From assembly GCA_963666565.1 (NCBI GenBank), contig OY762911.1:4448001-4512000 (forward strand): a stretch of 64,000 nt of DNA. Reading direction: 5' to 3'. This DNA comes from Thermoanaerobaculia bacterium. GTDB taxonomy: Bacteria; Acidobacteriota; Thermoanaerobaculia; Multivoradales; Multivoraceae. Below the pieces are notes generated by a model, which saw only the letters and a list, made by a program, of their open reading frames with translations, ran no database searches and was not told the DNA's origin. The translations under genes and the position numbers were made by a program. Each line of letters begins with the position of its first letter. Positions within the stretch are counted from its first letter, which is position 1. Positions 18,196 through 28,993 of this stretch are shown one piece after another.

Positions 18196-19574
18196 TCCAC
18201 GTAGCCAAGCGCCCTCAGCCGCCGGCGCACGTCCTCGTCGAGCTGGTCGTCCTCGATCTCTTCGGCGGATTCGACTTCGTCGGCCAGGTTCCGTTCGGCC
18301 AGCAGGGCGAGCATCCGTTCCACGATGTCCGGCCGCTCGGCGGCCAGGTTCTCCAGTTCGCCGGGATCCGCATCCAGGTCGAAGAGCATCGGCGCATCGC
18401 CCTGGGAGGGTGACTGCGGCAGCACGAGCTTGTAGCGGCCGCGGATCACCGAAGCGGCGCGGTGCCCGTCCAGGTCCAGGTGAACGTACACGTCGATCGG
18501 ACCGCTGCCGCGACGACGCTTCGCCAGCAGATCGCGCCCATCCGTGGCCGGGGCCTCGATGCCCATGTACGCGAGCAGGGTCGGCAGCAGATCGATGTGC
18601 TGGGCCGGCGCCTCTATCCGCCGGGGCGCCACCCCGGGCAGGCGCATGATGAAGGGTACACGCAGCGCCTCCTCGTAGAGAGACTTGCCGTGCTCCCAGC
18701 GGCCATGTTCAGCGAACTCCTCGCCGTGGTCCGAGACGTGGATCACGGCCGTGTCGTCCATCAGTCCGCGGGACTCCAGTTCGTCGAGCAGCACACCGAA
18801 GGCGTGATCGTTCTGCGCCACCTCCGCGTCGTAGAGCCGGGAGAGAGCTTCGGCGGTTCCCGGATCGGGCTCCACTTCGCGGCGATTCAACTGCCGCATG
18901 TAGCGCCGCGTACGGTAGCGGTCGGGCGCGCCGCCAGCGTCCAGTCTGTTCGTGAACTCGGGCAGCGGGTTGTAAGGCCCGTGAGGGTCGGCTGCGAGCA
19001 AGAAGAGGAAGAACGGCCCACCGGCATCCTCCCGGTCATCGAGCCAGAGCCGGACCCAGTCGATCATCGCCCCGTCGCGGCCGGGGTCCGCGGCCCGGAA
19101 GTGAGTGAAGCCCTGGGCGAAGCCAAAGGAGCGGCCGGCGTTCGGGTTACGGACGAGTCCCATGCCCACGTAACCGTTGGCCGCCAGGATCTCGGCCAGG
19201 GTCACGGCTCCTTCGGGGAGCACCGAACGGCGGCCGACCGCCCGGTGCGCCGGCGGGAGCAGTCCGGTGAACATGGACGCCACCGAGGGCCGGGTCCAGG
19301 AGGATTGCGCCCAGGCGTTCTCGAACACGACCCCTTCCTCCGCGAACGCGTCGAGGCGCGGCGAAGTCGGCTTGTCGTAGCCGTAGACGCCGAGGCGATC
19401 GGCGCGGACCGTGTCTACAACGTAGAGGACGACATTGGGGCGGCGCGGCGGAGCGCGGTCGGCCGGGGAGCCGCCGCAACCGACCGCGGCCGCCAACAAC
19501 AACGAGCAGGCACCGGCCAGACCCAGACGTCTGGGGTGCGACCAAGGGCCGATCCAGCGGCCAGCGAACCGCAC
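18192..19574 (-). CDS. Sulfatase (Ser-type), probable lipoprotein
   Basis: PNVVLYVVDTVRAD, SSWTRPS and SDHGEEF.EHG motifs; lipobox-like AVGC. Confidence 0.9.
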   Translation of the reverse strand: MRFAGRWIGPWSHPRRLGLAGACSLLLAAAVGCGGSPADRAPPRRPNVVLYVVDTVRADRLGVYGYDKPTSPRLDAFAEEGVVFENAWAQSSWTRPSVASMFTGLLPPAHRAVGRRSVLPEGAVTLAEILAANGYVGMGLVRNPNAGRSFGFAQGFTHFRAADPGRDGAMIDWVRLWLDDREDAGGPFFLFLLAADPHGPYNPLPEFTNRLDAGGAPDRYRTRRYMRQLNRREVEPDPGTAEALSRLYDAEVAQNDHAFGVLLDELESRGLMDDTAVIHVSDHGEEFAEHGRWEHGKSLYEEALRVPFIMRLPGVAPRRIEAPAQHIDLLPTLLAYMGIEAPATDGRDLLAKRRRGSGPIDVYVHLDLDGHRAASVIRGRYKLVLPQSPSQGDAPMLFDLDADPGELENLAAERPDIVERMLALLAERNLADEVESAEEIEDDQLDEDVRRRLRALGYVD

Positions 19575-19617
19575 GTCGAGACGATAGCAGGTTCCGGCCT
19601 GTTACCCTCCGCCCGCC

Positions 19618-20352
19618 ATGAACTCGACAACCGCGCTCGCTTCCCCGTTGACGGCCGGTCTCGCGCTCGTGACCGGACTGGTCGGCGTGCTCGGCGCCCG
19701 CTTCGACCTGATCGCTCCCGTCGCGGGCTTCGGCCTGTTCGCCTTCCTGATGCCCCTCGGCGCCGTGCTCGCCCTGCTCCTCGGCCTGATCGGCCTGCTC
19801 CGCACGCGGCCCAGTCAGCGTCGCGGGGGCTCTTCGCAGGCCTGGGGCGGCGTCCTCCTCTCGACGGCGATCGTCGGCTGGGTCTTCGTGCTCAGCTACG
19901 GCACGACCGAGGCGCCGCCGATCCACGACATCACCACGAACATCGACGATCCGCCGACCTTCGTCGCGGCCGCTTCGGAGGACAGTCGCGGCCAGGGCTT
20001 CGCCTACCCGAGCGGCGGCGCCGCCGTTCCCGCTCAGCAACGGCAGGCCTATCCCGACCTGAAGACGCATCGCCTCGACATCTCGCCCGAAGAGGCGTTG
20101 TGGCGCGCTCAACACACCGCGCACGATCTGGCCTGGGAACCGGTCCGGGTCGACGTGGCCGCCGGCAGCCTCGAGTTCGCGGACGCCACGCCCTGGTTCC
20201 GGTTCGTCGACTTCGTCTCGGTTCGGGTCCGGGCCGAGGGGACCGGCGCGGCCGTCGACGTGCGCTCCGTGTCCCAGGTCGGAGTCGGCGACCTGGGCGA
20301 GAACGCGGATCGCATTCGCCGGTTCCTGGACCGCCTCGGCCACGCCCACTGA
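19618..20352 (+). CDS. DUF1499 domain membrane protein
   Basis: Three TM helices; PPIHDITT and VDVRSVSQVGVGDLGENADRI motifs. Confidence 0.88.
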   Translation: MNSTTALASPLTAGLALVTGLVGVLGARFDLIAPVAGFGLFAFLMPLGAVLALLLGLIGLLRTRPSQRRGGSSQAWGGVLLSTAIVGWVFVLSYGTTEAPPIHDITTNIDDPPTFVAAASEDSRGQGFAYPSGGAAVPAQQRQAYPDLKTHRLDISPEEALWRAQHTAHDLAWEPVRVDVAAGSLEFADATPWFRFVDFVSVRVRAEGTGAAVDVRSVSQVGVGDLGENADRIRRFLDRLGHAH

Positions 20353-20422
20353 TACCGCTCCGCTCCGCGCAGCTTCCCAACGCAAACACACCGGCGCGCC
20401 CGCGCCAGGAGACACCACCGAC

Positions 20423-22513
20423 ATGACCCCACTCACCGACATGGTCGACTACGAAGTCCGCGGCCGGATCGCCCTGATCGTGATCGACAACCCGCCCGTC
20501 AACGCGCTCAGCCATGGCGTGCGCGCCGGCATGGTCGAGGGACTGGCGAAGGCCGAGGCCGACGAGAATGTCGCCGCGGTGCTCCTGGTCTGCAAGGGCC
20601 GCACCTTCATCGCCGGCGCCGACATCACCGAGTTCGGCAAGCCGATGAAGGAACCGGGTCTCAACGAGGCGATCGAGGCCATGGAGCACGCGACCAAGCC
20701 GGTTGTGGCGTCGATTCACGGCACCGCGCTCGGCGGCGGCCTGGAGACGGCGATGGCCTGCCACTACCGGGTCGGCGTGGCGTCGGCACGGTTCGGCCAG
20801 CCCGAAGTGAAGCTCGGGATTCTGCCCGGCGCCGGCGGCACGCAGCGGTTGCCGCGCCTGGTCGGCTACCCGAAGGCGCTCGAGATGTGCGTCATGGGCA
20901 ACCCCATCGGCGCAAAGGAGGCGCTCGAAGGCGGCCTGATCGACGAGATCGTGGACGACGTGTTCGAGGGCGGCGTCGCTTTCGCCGAAAAGCTGATCGC
21001 GGAAGACCGCCCGCTCAGGAAGATCCGCGACCTGGAGGAGAAGGTCGACGAGGCGCGCGCCAACCGCAAGGAGATCTTCGACGGCTTCCGCCGCAAGATC
21101 GCCCGCCGCACGCGCGGCTTCGAGGCGCCCGAAGCGAACGTGCGAGCGATCGAGGCCGGGCTCGACATGTCCTTCGACGAAGCGCTCGACAACGAGCGGA
21201 AGCTGTTCGGGGAGCTCATGGCCGGCAAGCAGTCGATCGCCCAGCGCTACTACTTCTTCGCCGAGCGCCAGGCAGCCAAGGTGCCCGACGTACCGCGCGA
21301 CACCCAGATGCGCAAGATCGAGAAGGTCGGCGTCCTCGGCTGCGGCACGATGGGCGGGGGCATCTCGATGAACTTCGCCAACCGCGGCATCGGCGTGACG
21401 ATCGTCGAGGCCGAGCAGAGCCGGCTCGACCACGGCTTCGGCGTCATCCGCAAGAACTACGAGCGAACCGCCAGCCGCGGCCGGATGACGATGGAACAGG
21501 TCGACCGGTGCATGGGCCTGCTCGACGGCGTGACCGACCGCGAAGCGCTGGCCGACTGCGACCTGGTGATCGAGGCCGTGTTCGAGAACATGGATCTGAA
21601 GAAGGAGATCTTCGCCAGCCTCGACCGGATCGTGAAGCCGGGCGCCATCCTCGCCACGAACACCTCGGCGCTCGACGTGAACGAGATCGCCGCCGCCACC
21701 AGCCGTCCCGAGGACGTGATCGGCATGCACTTCTTCTCGCCGGCCAACATCATGCGCCTGCTGGAGGTCGTGCGCGGCGAGAAGACGGCGAAGGACGTGA
21801 TCCACACCTCGATGACGATCTCCAAGCAGATCGGCAAGGTGCCGGTGCTGGTCGGCGTCTGCCGCGGGTTCGTCGGAAACCGGATCCTCTTCCAGCGCCA
21901 GCAGCAGGCGCAGGCGATCATCCTCCAGGGCGCGAAGTACCACGACGTGGACCGCGTCCTCTACGACTTCGGCTTCCCGATGGGACCGTTCGCGATGAGC
22001 GACCTGGCCGGCCTCGACATCGGCTGGAACGAGAAGGAGTCGGCGTCCCGCGACATCCGCGAGATCCTTTGCGAATCCGGCCGGCGCGGCCAGAAGAACG
22101 GCCGCGGTTACTACGTCTACGACCCGGAGACGCGCGCCTCCGCGCCGGACCCCGAGGTCGAGAAGATCGTCAGCGACTTCGGCTCGGCCAACGGCATCGA
22201 GCAGCGCGAAGTCGGCGAGGACGAGATCCTCGAACGCTGCCTCTACCCGATGGTCAACGAGGGCGCGAAGATCCTGGAGGAGGGCATCGCGATCCGGCCG
22301 TCCGACATCGACGTGATCTGGGTCAACGGTTACGGCTGGCCGGTCTACCGGGGCGGTCCCATGCACTGGGGCGACAGCGTGGGCCTCGGCAAGGTCGCCG
22401 GCCGGATGCGGGAGTTCGCGGCCGAGAGCGGCGACGACTTCTGGCAGCCCTCGGCGCTGCTGGCGGAGCTGGCCGACGCCGGCAAGAGCTTCAGCGACTG
22501 GAGAGCCGGCTGA
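20423..22513 (+). CDS. Multifunctional enoyl-CoA hydratase / 3-hydroxyacyl-CoA dehydrogenase
   Basis: Crotonase (AGADI, ALGGGLE, PEVKLG) plus HAD (GCGTMG, EAVFE, TNTS, GMHFFSP). Confidence 0.95.
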   Translation: MTPLTDMVDYEVRGRIALIVIDNPPVNALSHGVRAGMVEGLAKAEADENVAAVLLVCKGRTFIAGADITEFGKPMKEPGLNEAIEAMEHATKPVVASIHGTALGGGLETAMACHYRVGVASARFGQPEVKLGILPGAGGTQRLPRLVGYPKALEMCVMGNPIGAKEALEGGLIDEIVDDVFEGGVAFAEKLIAEDRPLRKIRDLEEKVDEARANRKEIFDGFRRKIARRTRGFEAPEANVRAIEAGLDMSFDEALDNERKLFGELMAGKQSIAQRYYFFAERQAAKVPDVPRDTQMRKIEKVGVLGCGTMGGGISMNFANRGIGVTIVEAEQSRLDHGFGVIRKNYERTASRGRMTMEQVDRCMGLLDGVTDREALADCDLVIEAVFENMDLKKEIFASLDRIVKPGAILATNTSALDVNEIAAATSRPEDVIGMHFFSPANIMRLLEVVRGEKTAKDVIHTSMTISKQIGKVPVLVGVCRGFVGNRILFQRQQQAQAIILQGAKYHDVDRVLYDFGFPMGPFAMSDLAGLDIGWNEKESASRDIREILCESGRRGQKNGRGYYVYDPETRASAPDPEVEKIVSDFGSANGIEQREVGEDEILERCLYPMVNEGAKILEEGIAIRPSDIDVIWVNGYGWPVYRGGPMHWGDSVGLGKVAGRMREFAAESGDDFWQPSALLAELADAGKSFSDWRAG

Positions 22514-22524
22514 AGGAGACCCGC

Positions 22525-23475
22525 ATCGAGATCGGGCTGACCCCCTGGGTCGACTACCTGGGCGACGAGGCGGGGCGGATCGCCGAACAGGCCGAGTTCG
22601 CCGACCGGCTCGGCTTCCACTCGCTGTTCCTGCCGGAGAGCCACTTCAGCGGCGCCGCGTCGTGCCCGTCGCCCCTGGTCGTCCTCGCCGCCGCCGCCGC
22701 GCGAACGACGAACCTGAGACTCGGCACGACCTCGTACCTGCTGCCGGTCCGCAACGCCTTCCAGGCGGCCGAGGAGGTCGCGGTGCTCGACCGCCTCTCG
22801 AACGGACGGGTCATCCTCGGCTTGGGCCGCGGCTTCCGCCCGGCGCTGTTCGCGGCCTTCGGGGTCGATCCGCGGACGAAGCGGCAACGCTTCCTGGAGT
22901 CCCTCGACCTGATGAAGCGGGCCTGGGCCGGCGAGGCGATCGAGGTCGGCGAAGGGGACGCGCGCCGGCCGATCCGGCTGGCGCCGCTCCCGGTGCAGCA
23001 GCCCCACCCCGAACTTTGGGTCGCCGCCTTCGGCCCGCTGGCGCTCAAGCAGGCCGGCTCGCTGGGCCTGCCCTACCTGTCGTCGCCGCTGGAGACGATC
23101 CAGCGGCTGGAGGCGAACCACGCGGTGCATCGGGACGCGCTTCCGGACGGCGCGCCGCGGCCCATCGTGCCGGTCATGCGCACGGTGTTCGTGTCCGAGG
23201 ATCCCTCCACATGCGAGCGGGTTCGCTCCGCGCTCGTCGCCCAGGCGGTCCGCATGGCGCGTTCCGGCAGCCGGCTGGTCCCGGAGGAGCAGCTTCTGGA
23301 TGTCGAGAACTGGGCCTTGGTGGGCGATCTCGCACGAGTCCGCGACGGTCTCGACCGTTACCGGGAACTGCTCGGCATGACCCACGTCATCGCCCGCTGC
23401 GGCGTTCCCGGCGCGGCGCCCGAGGAGGTCGAGCGGAGCCTGCGCCTGCTGGCGACGCTGGCGGCGCAGGCCTGA
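22525..23475 (+). CDS. LLM class flavin-dependent oxidoreductase (non-canonical start)
   Basis: PESHF, AARTTNLRLGT and EEVAVLDRLSNGR motifs; AAGGAG RBS followed by ATC. Confidence 0.85.
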   Translation: MEIGLTPWVDYLGDEAGRIAEQAEFADRLGFHSLFLPESHFSGAASCPSPLVVLAAAAARTTNLRLGTTSYLLPVRNAFQAAEEVAVLDRLSNGRVILGLGRGFRPALFAAFGVDPRTKRQRFLESLDLMKRAWAGEAIEVGEGDARRPIRLAPLPVQQPHPELWVAAFGPLALKQAGSLGLPYLSSPLETIQRLEANHAVHRDALPDGAPRPIVPVMRTVFVSEDPSTCERVRSALVAQAVRMARSGSRLVPEEQLLDVENWALVGDLARVRDGLDRYRELLGMTHVIARCGVPGAAPEEVERSLRLLATLAAQA

Positions 23476-23477
23476 CG

Positions 23478-23537
23478 GCCGGCACGTGTTTCTGGCCGCC
23501 TGCGACGGCAGCGGGTCGGGAAGACCCGGACACCCAG
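23478..23537 (-). repeat. REP family A copy
   Basis: Plus strand reads GCGGGTCGGGAAGACCCG...CACCCA, preceded by GGCCGCCTGCGACGGCA. Confidence 0.75.
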
Positions 23538-23601
23538 TGGGCGGGGGTGTAGAGTGAGCGGCCCGTTCGAACGACATCTCCGCATCGACCCTGGAGAGAA
23601 C

Positions 23602-25206
23602 ATGGCCGAGATCCTCCGCCGCACGCACGAAGTCCGCTGGGCCGCCGTCCTGGTGCTGGCTTCCCTCCTCCTTGCCGCAACCGCGGCCGCCGGCGCCGGT
23701 TCCAGCGCCGGCATCGTCAAGATCGACTCCGGCAAGCTCCAGGGCGAGGTCCTCGACGCGGACACCGGCCTGACCGTCTACCGCGGCATCCCGTTCGCGG
23801 CGCCGCCGGTCGGCGACCTGCGCTGGAAGGCGCCGCAGCCGCCCGCTTCGTGGAGCGGCGTGCGCGACGCGACGGAGTTCGGCGCCATCTGTCCGCAGAG
23901 CCCGGTCCTGGCGATGATGACCGGCGAAGGCCTGCCGCCGACGTCGGAGGACTGCCTGTTCCTCAACGTGTGGACGGCGGCCGGGGCCGACGACGATTCG
24001 CGGCCGGTCATGGTGTGGATCCACGGCGGCGGCCTGAGCCTCGGCTGGAGCAACCAGGCGCAGTACGACGGGTCCGCGTTCGCCGGCCAGGGCGTGGTCC
24101 TGGTCTCGGTCAACTACCGGCTCGGCCCCCTCGGCTACCTGGCGCACCCGGCGCTGTCGAAGGAGTCCGGCGGCCAGTCGGGCAACTACGGCTTCCTCGA
24201 CCAGATCGCGGCGCTTGAATGGGTCGAGCGGAACATCGCCAGGTTCGGCGGGGACCCGGACAACGTGACGATCTTCGGCGAGTCAGCGGGCGGCACCAGC
24301 GTCCATGCATTGATGGCGAGCCCCCGGGCCGCCGGCCTCATCCACCGGGCGATCGCCGAGAGCCCCTGGATCACCGACACGAACATCCGCCCGCTCCGGG
24401 GAGCGAACGGCATGCACGCCAGCGCCGAGGAAGTCGGCGTCGCCTGGGCAAACGCGCTGCTCGGCGAGGGCGCGAAGCAGTCGGCGAAGGCGCTGCGCGG
24501 CCTGGACGCCGGCGCGATCATCCAGAAGACGCCGCCGGCAGGCCAGCCGGGCGCCTACGAACCGCACGTCACGTACGGGACGGCCTTCATGCCCGAGTCG
24601 AGCGAGGACCGCTACGCGGCGGGCACGCAGAACGACATCCCCCTGATCGCCGGCACGAACCGCAACGAGGGCACGATGTTCATGTCGTTCCAGCCGCTGG
24701 CGGACCGGGACGCCTTCCTCGAGATGCTGAAGGGCGTGTACGGCGACCGCGCGGAAGAGGTCGCGAAGCTCTACCCGTCGTCGACCGCGGACGAACTCAA
24801 GGCGCAGCAGGACCGCTTCATCACCGACACATGGTTCCTGCGCGGCACCCGCTGGATGCTGCTCGGCATGGACAACGTCTCCTCGCCCGCCTACCAGTAC
24901 TTCTTCACCCGCGTGAACCCGGAGAACCCCGCCTGGGGCGCCCACCACGCGGCCGAGCTCGGCTACGTGTTCAACACGCTCGCCGGCGAGAACTACGGCG
25001 AGGCGGACGACGAACTCGCCGCGCTGATGATCGACTACTGGGTCCAGTTCGCCCGCACCGGCGACCCGAACGGCGGCGGCCGGCCGGCCTGGCCGAAGTT
25101 CGACGGCGAGAAGCAGGCGTATCTGGAACTGGGCGACGAGGTGACGACCGGCGCCGACCTGGAGCGGGAGATCAACGACCGGCTGGAAGCGATCCGCGGG
25201 CAGTAG
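23602..25206 (+). CDS. Carboxylesterase type B
   Basis: SEDCLFLNVW, HGGG and GESAG motifs; signal peptide. Confidence 0.95.
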   Translation: MAEILRRTHEVRWAAVLVLASLLLAATAAAGAGSSAGIVKIDSGKLQGEVLDADTGLTVYRGIPFAAPPVGDLRWKAPQPPASWSGVRDATEFGAICPQSPVLAMMTGEGLPPTSEDCLFLNVWTAAGADDDSRPVMVWIHGGGLSLGWSNQAQYDGSAFAGQGVVLVSVNYRLGPLGYLAHPALSKESGGQSGNYGFLDQIAALEWVERNIARFGGDPDNVTIFGESAGGTSVHALMASPRAAGLIHRAIAESPWITDTNIRPLRGANGMHASAEEVGVAWANALLGEGAKQSAKALRGLDAGAIIQKTPPAGQPGAYEPHVTYGTAFMPESSEDRYAAGTQNDIPLIAGTNRNEGTMFMSFQPLADRDAFLEMLKGVYGDRAEEVAKLYPSSTADELKAQQDRFITDTWFLRGTRWMLLGMDNVSSPAYQYFFTRVNPENPAWGAHHAAELGYVFNTLAGENYGEADDELAALMIDYWVQFARTGDPNGGGRPAWPKFDGEKQAYLELGDEVTTGADLEREINDRLEAIRGQ

Positions 25207-25267
25207 CGGGCAGGCGGCGAACGAGGGCAGGCGAAGCGGACGGCGTGAGACCCGGAAGTCGGCCGCG

Positions 25268-26533
25268 ATGACAGGACGCCCCTTCATCGGCTGGCGAGTC
25301 GTCGGAGTCGGTTCGCTCTGCTACGGCTTCGGCATCTCGCCGATGTACTACGGCTGGGGCCTGTTCCTGCCGGAGATGCAGCGCGACCTCGGACTGAACG
25401 ACGCTCAGTCGGGACTCGTCTTCAGCGTCTTCAGCTACAGCTACCACCTGCTCGGACCGGTGGTCGGGATCGTGATGGCGCGCCTGGGCGTCCGCTCCGT
25501 CATGGTGTTCGGCGCCGCGGTCGGAGTCCTCGCCTTCTGGCTGTTGAGCCGGGCCGACTCCTTCGCCGACTGCATGTTCGCCTACGGCGTGCTCGGCGGC
25601 ATAGCGATCGGCTTCGGCACCATCCTGCCCGCCCAGACCCTGGCCTCGAACTGGTTCGTCCGCTCCCGGTCGAGGGCGATCGCCCTGGTGCTTGGCGGCG
25701 GCGCCGTGGTCGGCTTCGCCATCAACCTGTTCACGCCGGCGATCCTCCGGGCCGCCGACTGGCGCACCGCCTGGCTGATCATCTCCGGCATCTCGGCCGC
25801 GGTCGCGGTGGTTGCCGCGCTCTTCATCCGCGGCATGCCGGAGAGGGTGGGGCAACAGCCGGACGGAGGCCCGGCCGACAGCGACCCGGAACCCGGCGAT
25901 CGGCCCGGTCCGACCGGCGTGGGCGAGTGGACCGCGCCGCTCGCGATGCGCACGCCGCAGTTCTACATCCTGGTCGGCCTCTCGATCGCCTACGGCGTGC
26001 CGTGGGGCATCATCGCCGTCTTCGGCCGCGCCCACCTCGAGGCCGTCGGCTTCACCACCGCGGTGGCCGCGGGGATCCTCGGCAGCCGCGTTCTGGTCAG
26101 CCTCCTCGGCAGGTTCAGCGGCTCCATGGGCGACTTCATGCCGCCCCAACGGCTGCTCGGCATCGTCCTGATCCTGGAGGGGACGGGCTGCGCCCTGCTG
26201 ATCGTCGCGAAGACGGCGCTCCTCGCCTACGCGGCGATGGTGCTGATCGGACTCGGCTTCGGCGCCGCCTACGTCTGCATCCCCGTCGTCTACTCGGCGT
26301 TCTACGGCCGCCGCGCGTTCGGCACCACGGTCGGCATCCGCTTCGCCATCACGGGCGCGATCTCGCCGTCCGCTCCGTTCCTGGCCGGAATGCTCTCCGA
26401 CTGGTCGGGCTCGCACATGCTGACGCTCACCATCCTGGCGAGCCTCTGCCTGGCCGGCTCTCTGGTCGCCTTCGGCCTCCGCGCGCCGGTGCTCGGCGCC
26501 CGGCCGATCCAGCCAGCGTCGGCGGCGGGCTGA
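25268..26533 (+). CDS. MFS transporter
   Basis: About 12 hydrophobic segments in two halves joined by a central loop. Confidence 0.88.
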   Translation: MTGRPFIGWRVVGVGSLCYGFGISPMYYGWGLFLPEMQRDLGLNDAQSGLVFSVFSYSYHLLGPVVGIVMARLGVRSVMVFGAAVGVLAFWLLSRADSFADCMFAYGVLGGIAIGFGTILPAQTLASNWFVRSRSRAIALVLGGGAVVGFAINLFTPAILRAADWRTAWLIISGISAAVAVVAALFIRGMPERVGQQPDGGPADSDPEPGDRPGPTGVGEWTAPLAMRTPQFYILVGLSIAYGVPWGIIAVFGRAHLEAVGFTTAVAAGILGSRVLVSLLGRFSGSMGDFMPPQRLLGIVLILEGTGCALLIVAKTALLAYAAMVLIGLGFGAAYVCIPVVYSAFYGRRAFGTTVGIRFAITGAISPSAPFLAGMLSDWSGSHMLTLTILASLCLAGSLVAFGLRAPVLGARPIQPASAAG

Positions 26534-26543
26534 CGGCGGCGGC

Positions 26544-28226
26544 TCAGTACTCCGTGCGCAGCCGGAGCCACGCGCTGCGAACCGCGTCCTGGAGGTTCGC
26601 GAGCGCGGCCTTTCGCATCTGCTTCGGACGATCGGCCAACCGTTCCACCGCAAGATTCAGCAGTTCGTCGTCCGAGGCCTCGGCGCGGCCGGCGGCGGCG
26701 CGGGCATGTTCCTCCAGCACCGGCCGATTGCCGCGCAGACATTCACGCAGGGCCAGCCGTCCGCCCTGTCCATCGTGCGCGTCGAGACACATGCCGGCGC
26801 GGCGCAGGTCCGCCGCGACTTCGTCCAGGCCGGCATCCCCGCTCTCCAGGTAGACCTGGACGAGGGCCCTGCGGGTCCGCGAGACGAGCGACTGGGTCTC
26901 GCCGCGCAGGCGCTCGCGGTCCCGGGCGACGCGCTCCGTCGTGTCGGCGATGTTCCTGCCGCCCGCGAGGTCGTTGAACAGGCGCGTCCATACCCTGGCC
27001 TTGCGGACTCTCTCGACCGTGCCCGTTCGGGCAACCTCCTCGACCATCTCCTGCACCTGGAAGACCTTCCCTTCCAGCGCGACCGCCGCGCGCCGGCGCT
27101 CCCGCCGGACCTGTTCGGCCCGCTGGCGCTTCTCCTCCCGCCGGCGCTCCTCCTCCCGCGCCCTTTCCTCCGCCCGCTGGCGTTCGGCGAGTTCCGGTGC
27201 GGCCTCCGGGCGTTCGGTCTCCGGGCGTTCGGCCTCGCGCCGCCCGGCGAGCAGCCTGCGGAGTTCCCCCGCCAGGGCATTGAAGTCGATGGCGGACTCC
27301 TCGACCTTCGCCACGCTCTCCCGCGGCTGCGGGGCCGCCTCCTTCGTCTCCACCACGTCTTCGTTCATCGGCGGCCTGTTGCGAGAGATCATCGCGTCGA
27401 GCACCGACGGCGCCAGTCCCGCTCTGGAAAGCGCCATCAGAGCGTCGATCGACGTGTCGAAGTCCGTCGCGGAGTTCTCGATCCTCCGGACAATGTCCTC
27501 CGGAGCGCTGCCGGCTCTGGCCATCTCGCGCACGTCCGCATTCGTCATCGGACGCGTTCCTGCCGCGGGCCGCCGCGCCGGCCGCGTTCGCCTGTTCTCT
27601 CCGGGCCGCGGAGCGGGCGCCGCAACACGCCGCCGATCATCCGCGGCGACGGCTTCGTACCACGGGCTCTCCGCGGTCGACCGGCCGCGGCGCCGGTTGT
27701 CGAGGGCATCCGAGTCCAGCCCGAAGTCGTCCCCACGACCGGAACGCGGCTCGAAGAGCGACTCGCGCTCGGCGGGGGCTTCGAACGGGTCGCCCAGCGG
27801 CTCGTCGTATCGCCAGTCCCTGCTCAGGGTGCGGCCGTCCGGCAGCGTGACGGTCCAGCGCCCATGCCGTTCGCCCTCCACGAACGGCCCCCGCTCGACC
27901 GTCCCGTCGGAGCGGTGCACGGTCCAGGCGCCGTGGCGTCTGCCGGCCACGTACGGACCGCGCTCGACGTTGCCGTCGGCGCGCTGCACGGTCCAGTAAC
28001 CATGCTGCCTGCCGTCGAGGAAGGCGCCCTCCGCCCAGTGACCCTCGTCCGAAACGAGTTCGCCCCTGCCGTGCGGACGGCGGTCGATGCAGCGGCCGAA
28101 CCACGTCCAGCCCTCGGCCACTTCGACCGTGCAGTCCTCGGCACCGGATTGCGCGGCCGCCGAGCCGGGGACCGCCCACACCACCGCCCCGCAGAACGCG
28201 AGCGTCGTGAACGACGGTATGCGCAT
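26544..28226 (-). CDS. Secreted hypothetical protein with MORN-like repeats and a coiled coil
   Basis: Signal peptide; repeats G.F.DGRQHG.WT, GPYVAGRRHGAWT, GPFVEGERHGRWT; E/R-rich coiled segment. Confidence 0.7.
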   Translation of the reverse strand: MRIPSFTTLAFCGAVVWAVPGSAAAQSGAEDCTVEVAEGWTWFGRCIDRRPHGRGELVSDEGHWAEGAFLDGRQHGYWTVQRADGNVERGPYVAGRRHGAWTVHRSDGTVERGPFVEGERHGRWTVTLPDGRTLSRDWRYDEPLGDPFEAPAERESLFEPRSGRGDDFGLDSDALDNRRRGRSTAESPWYEAVAADDRRRVAAPAPRPGENRRTRPARRPAAGTRPMTNADVREMARAGSAPEDIVRRIENSATDFDTSIDALMALSRAGLAPSVLDAMISRNRPPMNEDVVETKEAAPQPRESVAKVEESAIDFNALAGELRRLLAGRREAERPETERPEAAPELAERQRAEERAREEERRREEKRQRAEQVRRERRRAAVALEGKVFQVQEMVEEVARTGTVERVRKARVWTRLFNDLAGGRNIADTTERVARDRERLRGETQSLVSRTRRALVQVYLESGDAGLDEVAADLRRAGMCLDAHDGQGGRLALRECLRGNRPVLEEHARAAAGRAEASDDELLNLAVERLADRPKQMRKAALANLQDAVRSAWLRLRTEY

Positions 28227-28311
28227 TGTCAGGCGCTCCCCTTCGGACGTGGGTGGTGGATCTTCCTGGGTGCGGAAAACTACCACAGCAGCCTGACGGC
28301 TGCGAGTACTC

Positions 28312-28983
28312 CTAGCCGGCCGCGGGCGCGACCTTCACGCTCCAGCGGTGCTCGCCCCAGGACAGCTCGATCGCTCCGGGGGCACCTCCTTCGGGCGGCT
28401 CGATGGCGATCTTCAGGGCCGACTTCCCGCCCTCGGCGATGGAGTGCTCCAGCGGCGTCTCGCCCAGGTCCTTCACGGGGTCGTGCATCGTGCCCCAGAC
28501 GTCGGGCTCGTGGTTGACGACCAGCGTCCACCGGCCGTCCTCTTCCAGGCGCAGCCACAGGCTGTAGAGGCCGGCGAAACCCGGCGAGACGTTGCCGGCC
28601 GGCACCTTGAGGTCGCCGACCACGATGTCGGCCTCGGTGCGGAGCTTGATCGCCGCGAAGGTCTGGAACTCGAGCAGCCCCTGTTCGTGCTCCTGCAAGG
28701 ACCGCCAATCCAGACTCCCGAGCGGGATCCTGCCGGCGTTGACCACGACCTCGCCGCCGCCGACCTCGGCCCGGTCGATCGAGCGCGTGGCTCTGACCAG
28801 GGCCGCGAAGCCCACGGTCAGGCCGGAAGCGTCGAGCTTGCGGCCCTCGCCCTCCTTCGAGGGCTTCTCGATGACCCTGTCCGTCTCGGCGAACTGTCCC
28901 GCCGCCGGCGCCGCGACGGCGGCCATGCAACACGAGACGGCCGCGACCGCCCGCAGCAGCCGCCGTCCGCTCGCCACAGCCAT
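28312..28983 (-). CDS. DUF2911-like secreted protein
   Basis: KLRTEADIVVGDLKVPAG, YSLW, VWGT.HDP..D and LSWGE motifs. Confidence 0.7.
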   Translation of the reverse strand: MAVASGRRLLRAVAAVSCCMAAVAAPAAGQFAETDRVIEKPSKEGEGRKLDASGLTVGFAALVRATRSIDRAEVGGGEVVVNAGRIPLGSLDWRSLQEHEQGLLEFQTFAAIKLRTEADIVVGDLKVPAGNVSPGFAGLYSLWLRLEEDGRWTLVVNHEPDVWGTMHDPVKDLGETPLEHSIAEGGKSALKIAIEPPEGGAPGAIELSWGEHRWSVKVAPAAG

Positions 28984-28993
28984 CGCGGCCTCC

